NCBI GenBank assembly: GCA_963662465.1
Contig: OY759599.1
Coordinates: forward strand, 1,920,001 to 1,984,000
DNA length: 64,000 nucleotides
Source: Desulfatiglandales bacterium
Lineage (GTDB): Bacteria > Desulfobacterota > DSM-4660 > Desulfatiglandales > Desulfatiglandaceae
Direction of reading: 5' to 3'
Below the pieces are notes generated by a model. It ran no database searches, had not been told where the DNA came from, and saw nothing but the letters and a program-made list of their open reading frames with translations. This document shows positions 48,734-60,124 of the stretch, piece after piece. Position numbers and translations under genes: made by a program. Position 1 is the stretch's first letter; every line of letters starts with the position of its first letter.

Positions 48734-49785
48734 AATAGGATCAACTCCCTGATATTTCTACCAATGGCGTCAAGCGCCAGTACTTTTAACGCCGCATCCA
48801 TGGCAATGGCTTCCTTGGGCATTCCGAAAACGATGGAACTGGCCTCATCCTGAGCAATGGTATAGCCCCCTTCCTGTTTTATGGCATATAAACCGTCGGC
48901 CCCATCCCGACCCATTCCGGTCAGAAGGACGCCTAAGGCGCCGGCGCCGTAGTGTTTTGCCACTGAATTGAACAGGGCTGTTACCGATGGTCGGTGACCA
49001 TCCAGCGGATTCTGTTTAAGAAGCGCTGCCCGTCGTTCCCTTGTCACCTGAAGGTGAACATCGTCGGGGGCAACGTAAACAGTGCCCGGCAGAAGTAATT
49101 CACCGTTTTTCGCTAGTACGACGCGAATGGGGACCGTCTCGTTGAGCCATCGGGCCAGACCGGCGGTAAATCCTTTGCTGATATGCTGTACCAGCACAAC
49201 AGGCGCGGGAAATGTCGTCGGAAAATCCCCCAGAATGGTTTGAAGAGCCGGCGGCCCGCCCGTGGAGGCGCCCACGGCAACGATCCGGTATGAATGTGAA
49301 GGGCGTATGCTTGGGGAGGGCGCCTTTTTGGCGACCGGTTTTGAATTTTTCGCCGGCCATCGGCGCCGAACCACTTTCACATCGGACATGGCCTTAACCA
49401 CTTTGATGAGTTCATGAGCGCCCGGATCATCTTCAGGCAAACCGTGAGGCTTTCCAAACACCATCAATGCACCTGAGTCCACCCCCTTGTAGGTCACGCC
49501 CAAACGGATATCCGATTCGGTGCTGGTCAGTATGACGATGGGGACCGGTGATTCCGCCATAATGCGGCGAATGGCCTCATAACCATCCATTTCCGGCATA
49601 TGGATGTCCATGGTGACCACATCCGGATGAAGCCGGGCCACCATATCGATGGCCTCTTCACCGTTTTGCGCTTCCCCCACCACATGAAGCTCCGGATCCG
49701 TGCTGAAAATGGCCCGAATCAATTGTCGAATGGTTGGCGAATCATCGACAATCAGTGCTTTGATCATTTTTAAATCCCTATCCAA
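48730..49785 (-). CDS. cheB: Chemotaxis methylesterase (REC-CheB)
   Basis: GASTGGP, VQHI, HRPSV, LTGMGRDG. Confidence 0.95.
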   Translation of the reverse strand: MDRDLKMIKALIVDDSPTIRQLIRAIFSTDPELHVVGEAQNGEEAIDMVARLHPDVVTMDIHMPEMDGYEAIRRIMAESPVPIVILTSTESDIRLGVTYKGVDSGALMVFGKPHGLPEDDPGAHELIKVVKAMSDVKVVRRRWPAKNSKPVAKKAPSPSIRPSHSYRIVAVGASTGGPPALQTILGDFPTTFPAPVVLVQHISKGFTAGLARWLNETVPIRVVLAKNGELLLPGTVYVAPDDVHLQVTRERRAALLKQNPLDGHRPSVTALFNSVAKHYGAGALGVLLTGMGRDGADGLYAIKQEGGYTIAQDEASSIVFGMPKEAIAMDAALKVLALDAIGRNIRELILL

Positions 49786-52123
49786 TCAAACGCTCAATGG
49801 TTTCCAGTAACGCCTGCTGGTCAAAGGTCCCCTTGGTAATATACACATCCGCACCGACCTCCATGCCTCGAATTTTGTCCTCGGTCGATTCCAGGGAGGT
49901 GACCAGCACAATGGGCAAATCCTCAAACCGGGTGTCGTGCCGAACCTTCTCGGTCAACTGGAAACCGTCCATACGCGGCATTTCAATATCAAACACCACC
50001 GCATCGAAAGATTCGTCCTGCATCCGTTCCCACCCTTCAACGCCGTCCGCAGCCTGAGCCACATGGTATCCGGCATTTTCCAGGATATTTTTTTCAAGGG
50101 TTCTCGTGGTAATGGAATCATCCACCACCAGGATTTTCTTGGCCACAGCCGGTTTCCCTCGGATTTTCCGCATCAGGTTGACGCCCTTAAACCCCTGGGC
50201 CGAATAGATCATGCTGCCGGCATTCAGGATCATTACCACCTGCCCCGTGCCCAGGATCGTGGCCCCTGAAATATTCCGTACCCGCTGCAACTGCGGGCCC
50301 AGGTTCTTTATGACAACCTCCTGTACCCCCAGGAACTCCTCCACTTGAAATGCCAGTCTCTTTTCTACCGCCCCCAGAATCACCACCTTGATTTTCTGTC
50401 CCGCGTTTTCGGCCTTTTCAAAACCCGGCAACTCCAGAATCCGGTCCATGGGAAACAACGGCAATGCCCGGCCATCTACGTTAATGGCCGATTTTCCTTC
50501 CATACGCTTAATTTGTTCCGGCTTGAGCTGTAGAATCCGTTCAACACTCGTATTGGGAACCGCCACGGTCTGATTGGCCACCTTCAACATCAATACGTGG
50601 ATGGTGGCCAGGGTCAGGGGCAGAATCAAGGTAAAGGTGGTTCCCTTGTTCATTTCGGTGTACGTTTTAACCTGGCCGTGAAGGTTTTCAAGCTGCTCCC
50701 GCACCACATCCATCCCCACGCCCCGACCGGAGAGCTCCGTAACCGCGGCATGAGTGGATAGACCGGATTGGAAAAGCAGGTCAATGGTCTCATCGAGACC
50801 CATTTTTTCGGCATCCACCGGCGAAATCAGATTGTTTTTCACAGCCGCCCCACGAACCGCGGGCAAGTTGATGCCGGCCCCATCATCGCTCACCTCCAGA
50901 ACGATGTGGTTGCCCCGCTGAAGGGCTTTCAAATAAATGGTTCCTTCGCGGGACTTCCCTTTTTCCAGGCGTTGATCCGGCAGCTCAATGCCATGATCAA
51001 TGGCATTTCGCAACAGGTGTGTCAGCGGATCCTTCAGGCCTTCCAGAACCTGACGATCAATTTCGGTCTCAACCCCTTCCAGAATCAGTTGAACCTCTTT
51101 TCCTTTTTCACGGGCAATATTGCGGATCATTCGAGGGAAAAGATCAAAGAGGGTGGACACCGGCACCATACGCACACGGCGCACACCGTCCTGTATGTCG
51201 TCGGTCAACAATGCCAGGTGCCGGTAGTCCCCTTCCAGCAATTCGCAAAGGCGGTTTATTTTTTGACCCACATCGTTGAGATGAATTTCATTGCGCGTAA
51301 AAAACGCCGTAAGGGTTTCCAAATCCGGATCTCCTTTAACGCGGCGTTCCACATCCCTTTTTTTTGCCCGAATTTTTCGCCAGTGTTTCTCCCATCCACC
51401 CAACACGGTTTGAACGGATTTCAATTCACCCAGTCTTTGTTCCATACGCATTCGCGCACCCAGCAATTCTCCCATTCCAACCATGAGACCATCCAGTTTC
51501 TCCGTACTGACGCGAATGGTGTCGCCGCCCCTGTTGCCAAGGGAAACAGGCTTGGATTCGGCGGTTTTTCCAGCGGAAACCGTCTCTGTTTTTTTCTTCG
51601 GTTTCGCTTCCCCTTGTTCTGTGCGGAGGTTGTCATCGGTTTCGGTTCCAACGCGATCCGCTTCCCCATTTTCCAACGAAACCGCAGGTTCATGGATCTT
51701 ATTCCCGACATCCGATAATTCTCCTCGAAGCACCGAATCCATATCCGACATGACCGCTCTTCTGGCTTCGAATGGCAGAACCAGGCCATCAAGATGCAAT
51801 CGCATGGCATCATTGAGTAGATCGGTGGCGCGAAGCAGAGAATCCACCAGCTGGTAAGAGGATGTCAGCTCTCCTGTCTTAAGGGCGCCCAAAACATCCT
51901 CCATTTTGTGCGCCACCGTATGGATGTCCTTCAAATCAACGGCGCGGGCCGAGCCCTTGATACTGTGTGCCGACCGAAAAAGGGCTTTCAGCAGTTCATC
52001 CCGCTCATCCGGCGGCAGATCCTTTTCGATCTCCAGCAATCCCTTGTTCAGCGCGGCAGAATGGTCTTCCAACTCCGCCCTAAAGGTCGCCAGCAGTTGA
52101 CGCTGAAGTTCTTCGCGATCCAT
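49778..52123 (-). CDS. cheA: Hybrid CheA (Hpt-dimerisation-HATPase-CheW-REC; WspE/FrzE-like)
   Basis: FRSAHSIKG, LLRNAIDHG, SGRGVGMD, C-terminal REC. Confidence 0.95.
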   Translation of the reverse strand: MDREELQRQLLATFRAELEDHSAALNKGLLEIEKDLPPDERDELLKALFRSAHSIKGSARAVDLKDIHTVAHKMEDVLGALKTGELTSSYQLVDSLLRATDLLNDAMRLHLDGLVLPFEARRAVMSDMDSVLRGELSDVGNKIHEPAVSLENGEADRVGTETDDNLRTEQGEAKPKKKTETVSAGKTAESKPVSLGNRGGDTIRVSTEKLDGLMVGMGELLGARMRMEQRLGELKSVQTVLGGWEKHWRKIRAKKRDVERRVKGDPDLETLTAFFTRNEIHLNDVGQKINRLCELLEGDYRHLALLTDDIQDGVRRVRMVPVSTLFDLFPRMIRNIAREKGKEVQLILEGVETEIDRQVLEGLKDPLTHLLRNAIDHGIELPDQRLEKGKSREGTIYLKALQRGNHIVLEVSDDGAGINLPAVRGAAVKNNLISPVDAEKMGLDETIDLLFQSGLSTHAAVTELSGRGVGMDVVREQLENLHGQVKTYTEMNKGTTFTLILPLTLATIHVLMLKVANQTVAVPNTSVERILQLKPEQIKRMEGKSAINVDGRALPLFPMDRILELPGFEKAENAGQKIKVVILGAVEKRLAFQVEEFLGVQEVVIKNLGPQLQRVRNISGATILGTGQVVMILNAGSMIYSAQGFKGVNLMRKIRGKPAVAKKILVVDDSITTRTLEKNILENAGYHVAQAADGVEGWERMQDESFDAVVFDIEMPRMDGFQLTEKVRHDTRFEDLPIVLVTSLESTEDKIRGMEVGADVYITKGTFDQQALLETIERLIG

Positions 52124-52148
52124 ATCTTTCCCCAGTGCAATTGAAATC

Positions 52149-54413
52149 TCAATTCAAACGATAACGTCCCACAATCCCTTTCAGTTGTTCGGCCAAGGCA
52201 TTCAGATTTCTGACGGATTCCTCCACCTCCCGCGTCCCTTCTTCGGTCTGGGAGGTCGTCCGATTGATGTTTTGCATGGCCTCGGAAATCTGATCCATGC
52301 CGGCCAGCTGATCCTGGATGCTCACGGAGATCTGCTGAAGGGTATGGGCGCCCTTTTGCATGTCTTCATTGATGGCACAAATAACTGCCCCCGCTTTCTC
52401 GGCCTGATGCACGCCGGCGTCCGCCCGCCGGGTTCCCTCTTCAGTCACCATCACCGCCCTGTTGGCGGCTTTCTGGATATCTCCCAGAATCTCCTGCACC
52501 CTGGCGGTGGCCTGACGCGACTCATCGGCCAGGTTTCTCACTTCTCCCGCCACCACCGCAAATCCCTTTCCCGCTTCACCGGCGCGGGCCGCTTCAATGG
52601 CGGCATTCAGGGCCAACAGGTTGGACTGGTCGGCGATATCATTGACGGTCTCGATAATGTCTCCGATTTGCTGGGTTTGCTCGCTGAGCGTCAGGATGTT
52701 TTCAGCAATGCTGGACATCTGTTCTTTAATGCGGTTAACCCCTGCAACAGCCTCCTGGACTGCCGCAAAGCCCGCATCTGTTTCTTTCATGGTTTCTTTT
52801 GCCAACCGAGCCATTTTGCTGGATCGTCCGGCACTTTGCTGCGCGGTCCGGCGGGCCTGATCCATTGTGATGGAAGTTTGAGCAACGCTTGCCGCCTGTT
52901 CAGCGCTCATAGCCGCCTGTTCCTGGGTAGCGGCCAGGATCTGAGAAGTAGCCGACGTCATGTTCTGAACCCCTTCAGAAACCAGGGTTGCCAGTTCTTT
53001 CAGATTCCGCGTCATTTGGTTCAGGTAATTACCCAAAATCGCCAATTCGTCTTCATTGTTTGGCGGAATCACTTCGGCGGTCAAATCGCCCCGGCCCACA
53101 ACTTCCAAAAATTTCACGTAATCTCTCACTGTGGATTCCAGGGATTGTTTGGTTTCCCGGTCTGCCCGGGCACGGTATTCCAGTTCTTCGGTCATCTGTC
53201 TGAGATTGGCCACCATCCGGTTAAAAGACTTGGCCAGCATGCCGGCTTCGCCCTTTGCGCGAACCTCCGCAATCACATTCAGGTCCCCTGCGCTGATTTT
53301 TTCCGCCGCATCCGTCACACGTCCGATGGGCCTGGAAATCCTGGCCGCCACGAACCAGACCAGCGCCAGCGCAAGGGCCGTCAAAATCAAGCCGATAAAG
53401 ATCATGCGCCACATCATGCGCGAGGTTTCATGGGTAACCACATCCCAGGGCAGACTGATATTGACAAACCAGGGCGTTTGCGTATGGCCGATGCGCACCG
53501 GTACAAACGCCGTTATAAACCCTTCGTCCATTTCAACAACGGCTTTTCCCGATTGAACATACGCCAGGTCCGATCGCAGGTCCCGATGCGGTTTTTGCGT
53601 GAGGCCACCCAGGTCTTTATGGTTTCCTTCGGAAGCAACGATCATACCCCCATGGGTGATAAGGCTGACCACGGCTTGTCCGGGATAGGGATTGTGCTTT
53701 TCCAGATAGGTCTGTAGCGCCTTCATGCCCACATCCACGCCTGCAATGCCCCGGAAAACACCGTCCACTACGATGGGCGCTACCAGCGACGTCATCAACA
53801 CCTCCCGGCCCTGCACCGGATAGAGATAGGGCTCGATGATGCACTCTCTCTTTCGCTTTCTGGGCAACTGATAATAGTCGCCTTTACCCTCAATTTCGTA
53901 ATATTCAGGGGTCTCCACCTCGATTTCTCCGGACCCCCCCCGATTCCAGTAGGCGATAAATCGGCCCGTTTCGTCATAGGGAAAGCGGCCCTTGAATTGG
54001 TCATCTTTCCCATCAAAGGCATCGGGCTCCCAGAGGGTATAGGTTCCGACAAAATCCGGATTGCTTGCCGTCACTTTTTTGAGCATTCGGTTGATCTGAT
54101 CCCGAGATAACGCCACGCCGTTTTCAACCATCCCCGAGACGGCCTTTTCCTTTATTCCCACAGAACCAAACGCCTGCGCCAGGGTCCGCGCCGCATCCAG
54201 CGGGACCTCTATACGGGCCTGGATAAAATTTCCGATGGCCTCTCCATCAGCAAGGATGCCCTTTTTCGCCGTCTCAAGGGCAATGCTTCGCTGGGTAACG
54301 ACCGCATAGGCGAGCATCAGGCCAAACATCAATAACATGCACGCCCCCACCCACAAAAGGATTTTGACCTTGATGGTTTGGACGCTGAATCGAACCATTT
54401 CTACTTTCCTCAC
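52149..54413 (-). CDS. Methyl-accepting chemotaxis protein (dCache-HAMP-MCP)
   Basis: [18 protein letters not shown] dCache motifs; MCP hairpin signature. Confidence 0.95.
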   Translation of the reverse strand: MRKVEMVRFSVQTIKVKILLWVGACMLLMFGLMLAYAVVTQRSIALETAKKGILADGEAIGNFIQARIEVPLDAARTLAQAFGSVGIKEKAVSGMVENGVALSRDQINRMLKKVTASNPDFVGTYTLWEPDAFDGKDDQFKGRFPYDETGRFIAYWNRGGSGEIEVETPEYYEIEGKGDYYQLPRKRKRECIIEPYLYPVQGREVLMTSLVAPIVVDGVFRGIAGVDVGMKALQTYLEKHNPYPGQAVVSLITHGGMIVASEGNHKDLGGLTQKPHRDLRSDLAYVQSGKAVVEMDEGFITAFVPVRIGHTQTPWFVNISLPWDVVTHETSRMMWRMIFIGLILTALALALVWFVAARISRPIGRVTDAAEKISAGDLNVIAEVRAKGEAGMLAKSFNRMVANLRQMTEELEYRARADRETKQSLESTVRDYVKFLEVVGRGDLTAEVIPPNNEDELAILGNYLNQMTRNLKELATLVSEGVQNMTSATSQILAATQEQAAMSAEQAASVAQTSITMDQARRTAQQSAGRSSKMARLAKETMKETDAGFAAVQEAVAGVNRIKEQMSSIAENILTLSEQTQQIGDIIETVNDIADQSNLLALNAAIEAARAGEAGKGFAVVAGEVRNLADESRQATARVQEILGDIQKAANRAVMVTEEGTRRADAGVHQAEKAGAVICAINEDMQKGAHTLQQISVSIQDQLAGMDQISEAMQNINRTTSQTEEGTREVEESVRNLNALAEQLKGIVGRYRLN

Positions 54414-54417
54414 CTTG

Positions 54418-55005
54418 CTAAGCCGTCTCTTCCCGAACGATGATTCCCGGATCGGAAATAAGCTTTTGCATATCCAGAATCATGAGCATGTCGGCGGTCA
54501 CGCCTTTGATATACCCCTGGGCGCCGGCTGAAACAGCCCCGGTCGGAGGCTGAACATCACTCAGGGAAATTTTTTCAAGTTTCGGACGACCATCCGCCAC
54601 AATGCAGAATTCCATCAACTTTCGATCCGGTGCGGTTTCACCTACAATTAAAAGCACATGGGCCTTTTCCATGTCAATATCAACGGCAATTCCCAGATAG
54701 GCGGCAATATTCATCATGGAATAGATTCTGCCTCGAAGATTGACCGCCCCGACAATAAAATCAGGCGTACAGGGGACCAGGGACCACATCCCCCGCTTCA
54801 GGGGTTGAATCTCCTGAATGTGTTCGATGTTCAGACCGAAGCGCTCCTCGCCCAATGAAAAGCTCAGAAGCCGCGGAACGTCCTGAGCCTCTGACTCTCC
54901 AGGCCCTGTTTTGGCCAATTCACACGCCCGCTGCTTCAGGATTTTTTGTAACGCTTCATCCAGGGATGTTTCCGTCATCATCTGCAAACCCTTTCTTGTA
55001 AACAT
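54418..55005 (-). CDS. cheW: CheW
   Basis: [18 protein letters not shown]. Confidence 0.9.
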   Translation of the reverse strand: MFTRKGLQMMTETSLDEALQKILKQRACELAKTGPGESEAQDVPRLLSFSLGEERFGLNIEHIQEIQPLKRGMWSLVPCTPDFIVGAVNLRGRIYSMMNIAAYLGIAVDIDMEKAHVLLIVGETAPDRKLMEFCIVADGRPKLEKISLSDVQPPTGAVSAGAQGYIKGVTADMLMILDMQKLISDPGIIVREETA

Positions 55006-55049
55006 TTACGATTCAGCGCTTTTTCAACCGTAAGCAGTTGCCCATTTTT

Positions 55050-56582
55050 TTACTTCAAGGTCTTCGCCATTGTCAACAGCGTCCCGGCCGTCAGCGCTTC
55101 CGCGTCTGACAGGGGCGTCTCCGGCGCCATACGGGAAAGCAGTTTTACGGCCTGGTCTCGGTGGCGATCCGATTGATCGTTCTTATCCAGCCGGCGAAAC
55201 AAAACCGCCATGGAAAAATGGGCCAATGCAAAATCGGGTTTAAGAAAAAGCGCCCGCTTGAGTTTGTCGAGCGCATCTTTCATATTGCCGCTTTCCTGAT
55301 GGATCAGCGCCAGGGTATAGTAAGCATCCGAAATCAAGGGGTTGATCTCAATGGCTTGCTCACAAAATAATTTGGCCGATTCCATCCTGCCGAGATTGGC
55401 ATGGGCCAAACCCATCTGATAAAGGCTTTCGGCATCTTTGGGGTTTTGGGCAATACACGTCAAAAATGCATCCATGGCTTCTTCATAGCGCTTCTGACGA
55501 ACCAGATGGATGCCTTTCTGAAAAAAATCCAGTGCAGGAGCCGTTTCCCCCGAAAATACGGGATTCGTTGTTTTCTGAATGAAACCGTTTTCCGTAAGCT
55601 GTGAATCCTCTTTGGCCGTTTCTTCAAAAACCGTCGGTTTCACGGGAGTGATGGGTACAGGCGTACGGCAGATGCTTTCATTTGCGGACTTTCCATGAAA
55701 CCGAAACGGCTTGGTGAAAGGTTTTCGCAACTTTTGAAAGACCGTACCACCTGAAAAAATACGGGCCGCATAGGCATCAAAAACCGGAATGCCGGTTTCA
55801 GCCGCACCCATCATAAGCCATCCACCCCATATCAAACACCTGTGAAAACGTTCGGCCACCTGTCGGATCACCGCCTCGGAATAATAGATGGCCACATTGC
55901 GGCACAGAATCAGGTCCATGGCGTTGGTATTGGTGAAAAGGGACGGATAAACCGGCTCGTTCAAATTGAGGTAGGCAAAGTGTACGTTTTCCCGAATTCG
56001 CGGAATCACTTCGTACGCTTCACCCTTTTGTCTGAAATAACGGGATTGAAAGCTCGGATCGGTTTGCCGAAAGGACCAGGGCCGATAGTGAGCTGCCCTG
56101 CCCTTTTTGAGTACCGTTTTATTGATATCCGTTGCCAGGATGGTAATGTTCCAGAGATGGATATCTAAAAGCAGCTCTGCCAGCAACATGGACAGGGTGT
56201 AGGCTTCTTCGCCGGTGGCACACGCCGCACTCCATATTCGAATTCGGCGATCATGTTGATGTTCGGCAATGATCCGGGGGAGAACATACTGCCGAAGGGC
56301 CTCAATCTGTTTTTCATCCCTGAAAAAATAAGTTTCCCCGACCGTCAGTTCCTTAACCAGTGCATCCCACAGGGGGCTGTTCGTTTCAGCGACCTGAAGC
56401 ATTTGAAAATATCGGTCCAAGTCGTTTTCAGCAGCCTCTTTACACAATAAGGTAATGCCCCGTCCCAAGGCGGATCGCCTTTTAGGCCCGAAGAGGATGC
56501 CGGTCCGTTCCAGAACCAGTGTCTTGAATCGTTCATGCTGATCGTTGTTCAGGAAATATCGGGATTTCAGCGCCGTATTCAT
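55050..56582 (-). CDS. cheR: CheR-TPR methyltransferase (WspC/FrzF-like)
   Basis: VGETYFFRD, IWSAACATGEEAY, CRNVAIY, C-terminal TPR repeats. Confidence 0.93.
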   Translation of the reverse strand: MNTALKSRYFLNNDQHERFKTLVLERTGILFGPKRRSALGRGITLLCKEAAENDLDRYFQMLQVAETNSPLWDALVKELTVGETYFFRDEKQIEALRQYVLPRIIAEHQHDRRIRIWSAACATGEEAYTLSMLLAELLLDIHLWNITILATDINKTVLKKGRAAHYRPWSFRQTDPSFQSRYFRQKGEAYEVIPRIRENVHFAYLNLNEPVYPSLFTNTNAMDLILCRNVAIYYSEAVIRQVAERFHRCLIWGGWLMMGAAETGIPVFDAYAARIFSGGTVFQKLRKPFTKPFRFHGKSANESICRTPVPITPVKPTVFEETAKEDSQLTENGFIQKTTNPVFSGETAPALDFFQKGIHLVRQKRYEEAMDAFLTCIAQNPKDAESLYQMGLAHANLGRMESAKLFCEQAIEINPLISDAYYTLALIHQESGNMKDALDKLKRALFLKPDFALAHFSMAVLFRRLDKNDQSDRHRDQAVKLLSRMAPETPLSDAEALTAGTLLTMAKTLK

Positions 56583-56589
56583 AACTTTG

Positions 56590-57126
56590 TTAATCTACCA
56601 AATGTTCTTCAAATTCAATGAGCGCCCCGGTATCGATCTGATCAACCTCCAGCACCAGATAAACAACATTGTTTTTCCGAACCACCGCGTTAAGCAACGG
56701 GGATTTCTTCAAAGCACCCTCCGGTTTTGCCAGATGACGCCGGGATACGGCCATCACTTCCTCGACGTCTTCGGCAATGACCCCCAGCCTTCGGTTCCGC
56801 GTATGCATAATCAGGATGCGATGATCCAGTTCCGCCGTTTTAAGCGGCAAACCCAATCGTTTTCTCAAGGTAATGACCGGCATTACCTTTCCCTGCAAGT
56901 TGATGAGCCCGGAAATCCAATCCGGCGCCTCAGGGACCGGAACCAGTGCCACCATGCGAATAACGCGCTCGACCTTGTCCAGGGGAAAAGCCAGTTGACG
57001 GTCGCCAATGCGAAAAGCGAGAAAATACCCCTCAATCCCCCCCGAATCAGAAGTTTTGGGTTCCTGTAACGCATGCGGTTCGCCAAGAGGCATCTCTGAC
57101 GGCTCTATGGTTGATTTATCCTGCAC
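56590..57126 (-). CDS. cheW: CheW
   Basis: VPEAPDWISGLINLQG. Confidence 0.9.
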   Translation of the reverse strand: MQDKSTIEPSEMPLGEPHALQEPKTSDSGGIEGYFLAFRIGDRQLAFPLDKVERVIRMVALVPVPEAPDWISGLINLQGKVMPVITLRKRLGLPLKTAELDHRILIMHTRNRRLGVIAEDVEEVMAVSRRHLAKPEGALKKSPLLNAVVRKNNVVYLVLEVDQIDTGALIEFEEHLVD

Positions 57127-57325
57127 TTTTTCTTCCTCGCATCTCCATATTTTGACACATAGAGGATGTATTACTATCTTGAACCCCTTGTCAACAGCAA
57201 TCCATCACCCCTTACCATTGCATCAGGGCGGTACGGGTTAAATGCCAAGGGATTGACAAAATGGGCGGAATATGAGAATCAAGTGACGAATCATTGAACA
57301 GATCGTTCCCGAGAAATGGCTGGAA

Positions 57326-58282
57326 ATGCTCCCTGTACCGGAAAGGCAACCTCAAAAAATGAACACGAAAATGACCCACACACCCTTTGAAAAGGGAACG
57401 TTATGGACCCGAATTCTGGAAACGACCCAAACCGCATTGAAAAATGGCACGCTGAGACCCATTCACACGGAAGGCAGGGTCATGAGAGACGGAGGGGTAG
57501 ACTTCCTGGTCAGAGTGGTGGAAAGCCTGGCCCGAAAGGCAGCGGATAAGATTCTAATGGCGGAAAAGAGCAGGGGAAAAAAAGAAAAGCCCAATCCTTT
57601 TCTCCCCTATGAAGAAGACATGTTTGTCTCCGATATTTCCGATACCCACCGCTGCCTCCTTAACAAGTTCAACGTGATCGCGTACCACCTGCTGATCGTT
57701 ACAAGGGTATTTGAACACCAGGAAACCCTTCTTACGCTTCGTGATTTTGAAGCTGCGTGCCGGTGCATGGTTGAATTCGAGGGCCTCGCCTTTTATAACG
57801 GCGGCAAAATTGCCGGGGCCAGCCAGGACCATAAACACCTGCAACTGATTCCGCTCCCCATGGCGTCCACCGGAAAGGCAGTCCCCATGGAAAGTCTCTT
57901 TGAGCAACCGCAAAAAATCCCGGGCGTGGTCCCCGGCCTTCCGTTTATCCATGCCTTCAAGCGGTTTTCGTCCATTACCGATATCCCTCTTGATATGGGG
58001 GCCCTGGCCCTTCACAAGATGTATCGACTCATGCTCCATCAGGTGGGGCTCAACACCTTCAGCGAGCGGGACAAAAACCTCCAGTCCGGTCCCTACAACC
58101 TGCTCTTCACCCGGGAATGGATGCTCCTGGTTCCCCGATCAAGGGAATATTTTGAATCGATTTCCGTGAATGCCCTTGGCTTTGCCGGCGCGCTGCTGGC
58201 TCGCAACCCGGAAGAAATGGATCTCATTGAAAAAGAGGGGGGCATGGGGGTGCTGAAACATACTGCGGTGGCACAACCGTAG
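57326..58282 (+). CDS. ATP adenylyltransferase / Ap4A phosphorylase
   Basis: NPFLPYE, LLNKFNV, FYNGG..AGASQDHKHLQ (HxHxQ), VNALGFAG; start may be 57359 or 57371. Confidence 0.88.
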   Translation: MLPVPERQPQKMNTKMTHTPFEKGTLWTRILETTQTALKNGTLRPIHTEGRVMRDGGVDFLVRVVESLARKAADKILMAEKSRGKKEKPNPFLPYEEDMFVSDISDTHRCLLNKFNVIAYHLLIVTRVFEHQETLLTLRDFEAACRCMVEFEGLAFYNGGKIAGASQDHKHLQLIPLPMASTGKAVPMESLFEQPQKIPGVVPGLPFIHAFKRFSSITDIPLDMGALALHKMYRLMLHQVGLNTFSERDKNLQSGPYNLLFTREWMLLVPRSREYFESISVNALGFAGALLARNPEEMDLIEKEGGMGVLKHTAVAQP

Positions 58283-58340
58283 GGGGCGCCCTCCCCGTGG
58301 GCGCCCGAAAACGGGGCAACCACGGGGGGATTGCCCCTAC
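58279..58340. repeat. GTAG-type REP doublet between convergent genes
   Basis: GTAGGGGGCGCCCTCCCCGTGGGCGCCC ... GGGCAACCACGGGGGGATTGCCCCTAC. Confidence 0.8.
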
Positions 58341-58873
58341 TTCTTTTCTTTTTGTTCGCTGGCCAGATGGGTTGCGGATTCAACGGGATTGGTGGCATGC
58401 AGTCTTTCCCGTACCTCTTTCACCTCTTCCTCCGTGCCATGAAAGATGACCAGGAATTTATCGGCTTTGACCGCCGTCTCATACTTGACCACGCTGTCCT
58501 TGGGGATGCCGATGCTGAAAAGGCCCGCTCCCAGGGCACTTAAACCACCCACAACGATGGCGTTTTCAAGTGCCCCCAGAATCAACCCGCCCGCCGGTCC
58601 CAGAGCCACGATATGCCCTACCCCCGGAACAAAAAAGAGGGCAGACCCGAACAGCAGCCCCATAATCCCACCCCAGAAAGCGCCCAGTTTACCCCAGAAC
58701 TTCATGCGATCCCCGGCATTGTAGTATCCCACCACATTTTCTTCCGCATGATAATCCTTGCCCAATATGGACAGTTTTTTCATGTTGACACCGGCCTTTT
58801 CCAGGGCCCTGATGGCGACTTCAGCCTCGGTGTGGGTGTTGTAAATGGCAACCGCTGAACTATCTTTTGACAT
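58337..58873 (-). CDS. General-stress/DUF1269-like membrane protein
   Basis: KLSILGKDYH, WGKLGAFWGG..GLLFG, IGIPKDSVVKYE. Confidence 0.8.
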   Translation of the reverse strand: MSKDSSAVAIYNTHTEAEVAIRALEKAGVNMKKLSILGKDYHAEENVVGYYNAGDRMKFWGKLGAFWGGIMGLLFGSALFFVPGVGHIVALGPAGGLILGALENAIVVGGLSALGAGLFSIGIPKDSVVKYETAVKADKFLVIFHGTEEEVKEVRERLHATNPVESATHLASEQKEKK

Positions 58874-58919
58874 GCAAATCCTCCCTCTCAAAAAAGTTTT
58901 TCAAATCGCATCGAAAAAA

Positions 58920-60062
58920 TTACTTTCCGATGACGTGTTTGGCAATGACGGTCCTCTGGATTTCAGAGGTTCCCTCATAAAGGGTAAATACCCGAGCATC
59001 CCGGTAATACCGCTCCACGGGATAGTCCTGCATGTAACCATATCCCCCGTGGATTTGCAAGGCCTGGTAAGCCGCCCTGTTGGCCATTTCGGAGGCGAAC
59101 ACCTTGGCCATGGAGGCTGCCGCGCTATAGTTTTCACCTCTGTCCCGCATGGCGGCGGCATTGAAGGTCAGAAGCCTTGCCGCCTCAATTTCCGTGGCCA
59201 TATCGGCGATCATCCACCTGAGTCCTTGAAACTGGGAAATGGTTTTCCCGAACTGCACCCGCTCATTGGCGTAAGCCACCGCCGCATCCAGACAGGCATG
59301 GGCGACTCCCAGGGACTGGGATGAAATACCGATTCGCCCTCCGTCAAGAGATGTCATGGCAATGAGAAATCCGTCCCCTTCCGCTCCCAGAAGATTCTCC
59401 GCCGGAACGCGGCAATCTTCGAAAATCAACTCCACCGTGTCGGATGCGCGAAGCCCCATTTTTTTCTCTTCCTTGCCCACGGAAAACCCGGGCGTCCCCT
59501 TCTCCACCACAAAAGCGCTGATGCCGCGATGTTTTTTGTCCGGGTCCGTATAGGCGGTGACCACGGTCAAATGGGAATTCTTGCCCGTGGTAATGAACAT
59601 CTTGTTGCCGTTTAGGACATAACTGTTCCCCTCTTTTACCGCTCTGGTTTTCTGGCTCACGGGGTCGCTTCCCGCCCCCGGTTCCGTTAGGGCGAAGGAT
59701 CCCAGCATTTCCCCCATAGCCAGCTTTTTCAGGTATTTTTCTTTCAGGTAATCGGATCCGAAAAGGGTAATGGGGCCGCACGCCACGGAATTGTGTACCG
59801 ACATGATCACCGCCGTAGATGCGCAGGCATAAGCGATTTCCTGGAGGGCCAGGCAATAACTGACCGTGTCCACCCCCGCGCCATTATAGGCCACAGGCGC
59901 ATTCATGCCCAACAGGCCCAGTTTGCCCATTTTTTTGAGATTTTCAGCGGGGAATTCGCCGGTCAAGTCCCTTTCCGCGGCCGTCGGTAAAACGGTCTCC
60001 CTGGCAAATTCCCTGACCATGGCACGGATCATCCGTTGTTCTTCATTGAGTTGGTAGGCCAT
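58920..60062 (-). CDS. Short-chain acyl-CoA dehydrogenase
   Basis: FALTEPGAGSD, KMFIT, GRIGI, RVQFG, QIHGGYGY, LYEGTSEIQR. Confidence 0.95.
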   Translation of the reverse strand: MAYQLNEEQRMIRAMVREFARETVLPTAAERDLTGEFPAENLKKMGKLGLLGMNAPVAYNGAGVDTVSYCLALQEIAYACASTAVIMSVHNSVACGPITLFGSDYLKEKYLKKLAMGEMLGSFALTEPGAGSDPVSQKTRAVKEGNSYVLNGNKMFITTGKNSHLTVVTAYTDPDKKHRGISAFVVEKGTPGFSVGKEEKKMGLRASDTVELIFEDCRVPAENLLGAEGDGFLIAMTSLDGGRIGISSQSLGVAHACLDAAVAYANERVQFGKTISQFQGLRWMIADMATEIEAARLLTFNAAAMRDRGENYSAAASMAKVFASEMANRAAYQALQIHGGYGYMQDYPVERYYRDARVFTLYEGTSEIQRTVIAKHVIGK

Positions 60063-60124
60063 TTTCCTCCCTCAAAAATTCGCACAATGGATTCTTGACA
60101 ACCGGTTCCGTTAACACACCCGGA

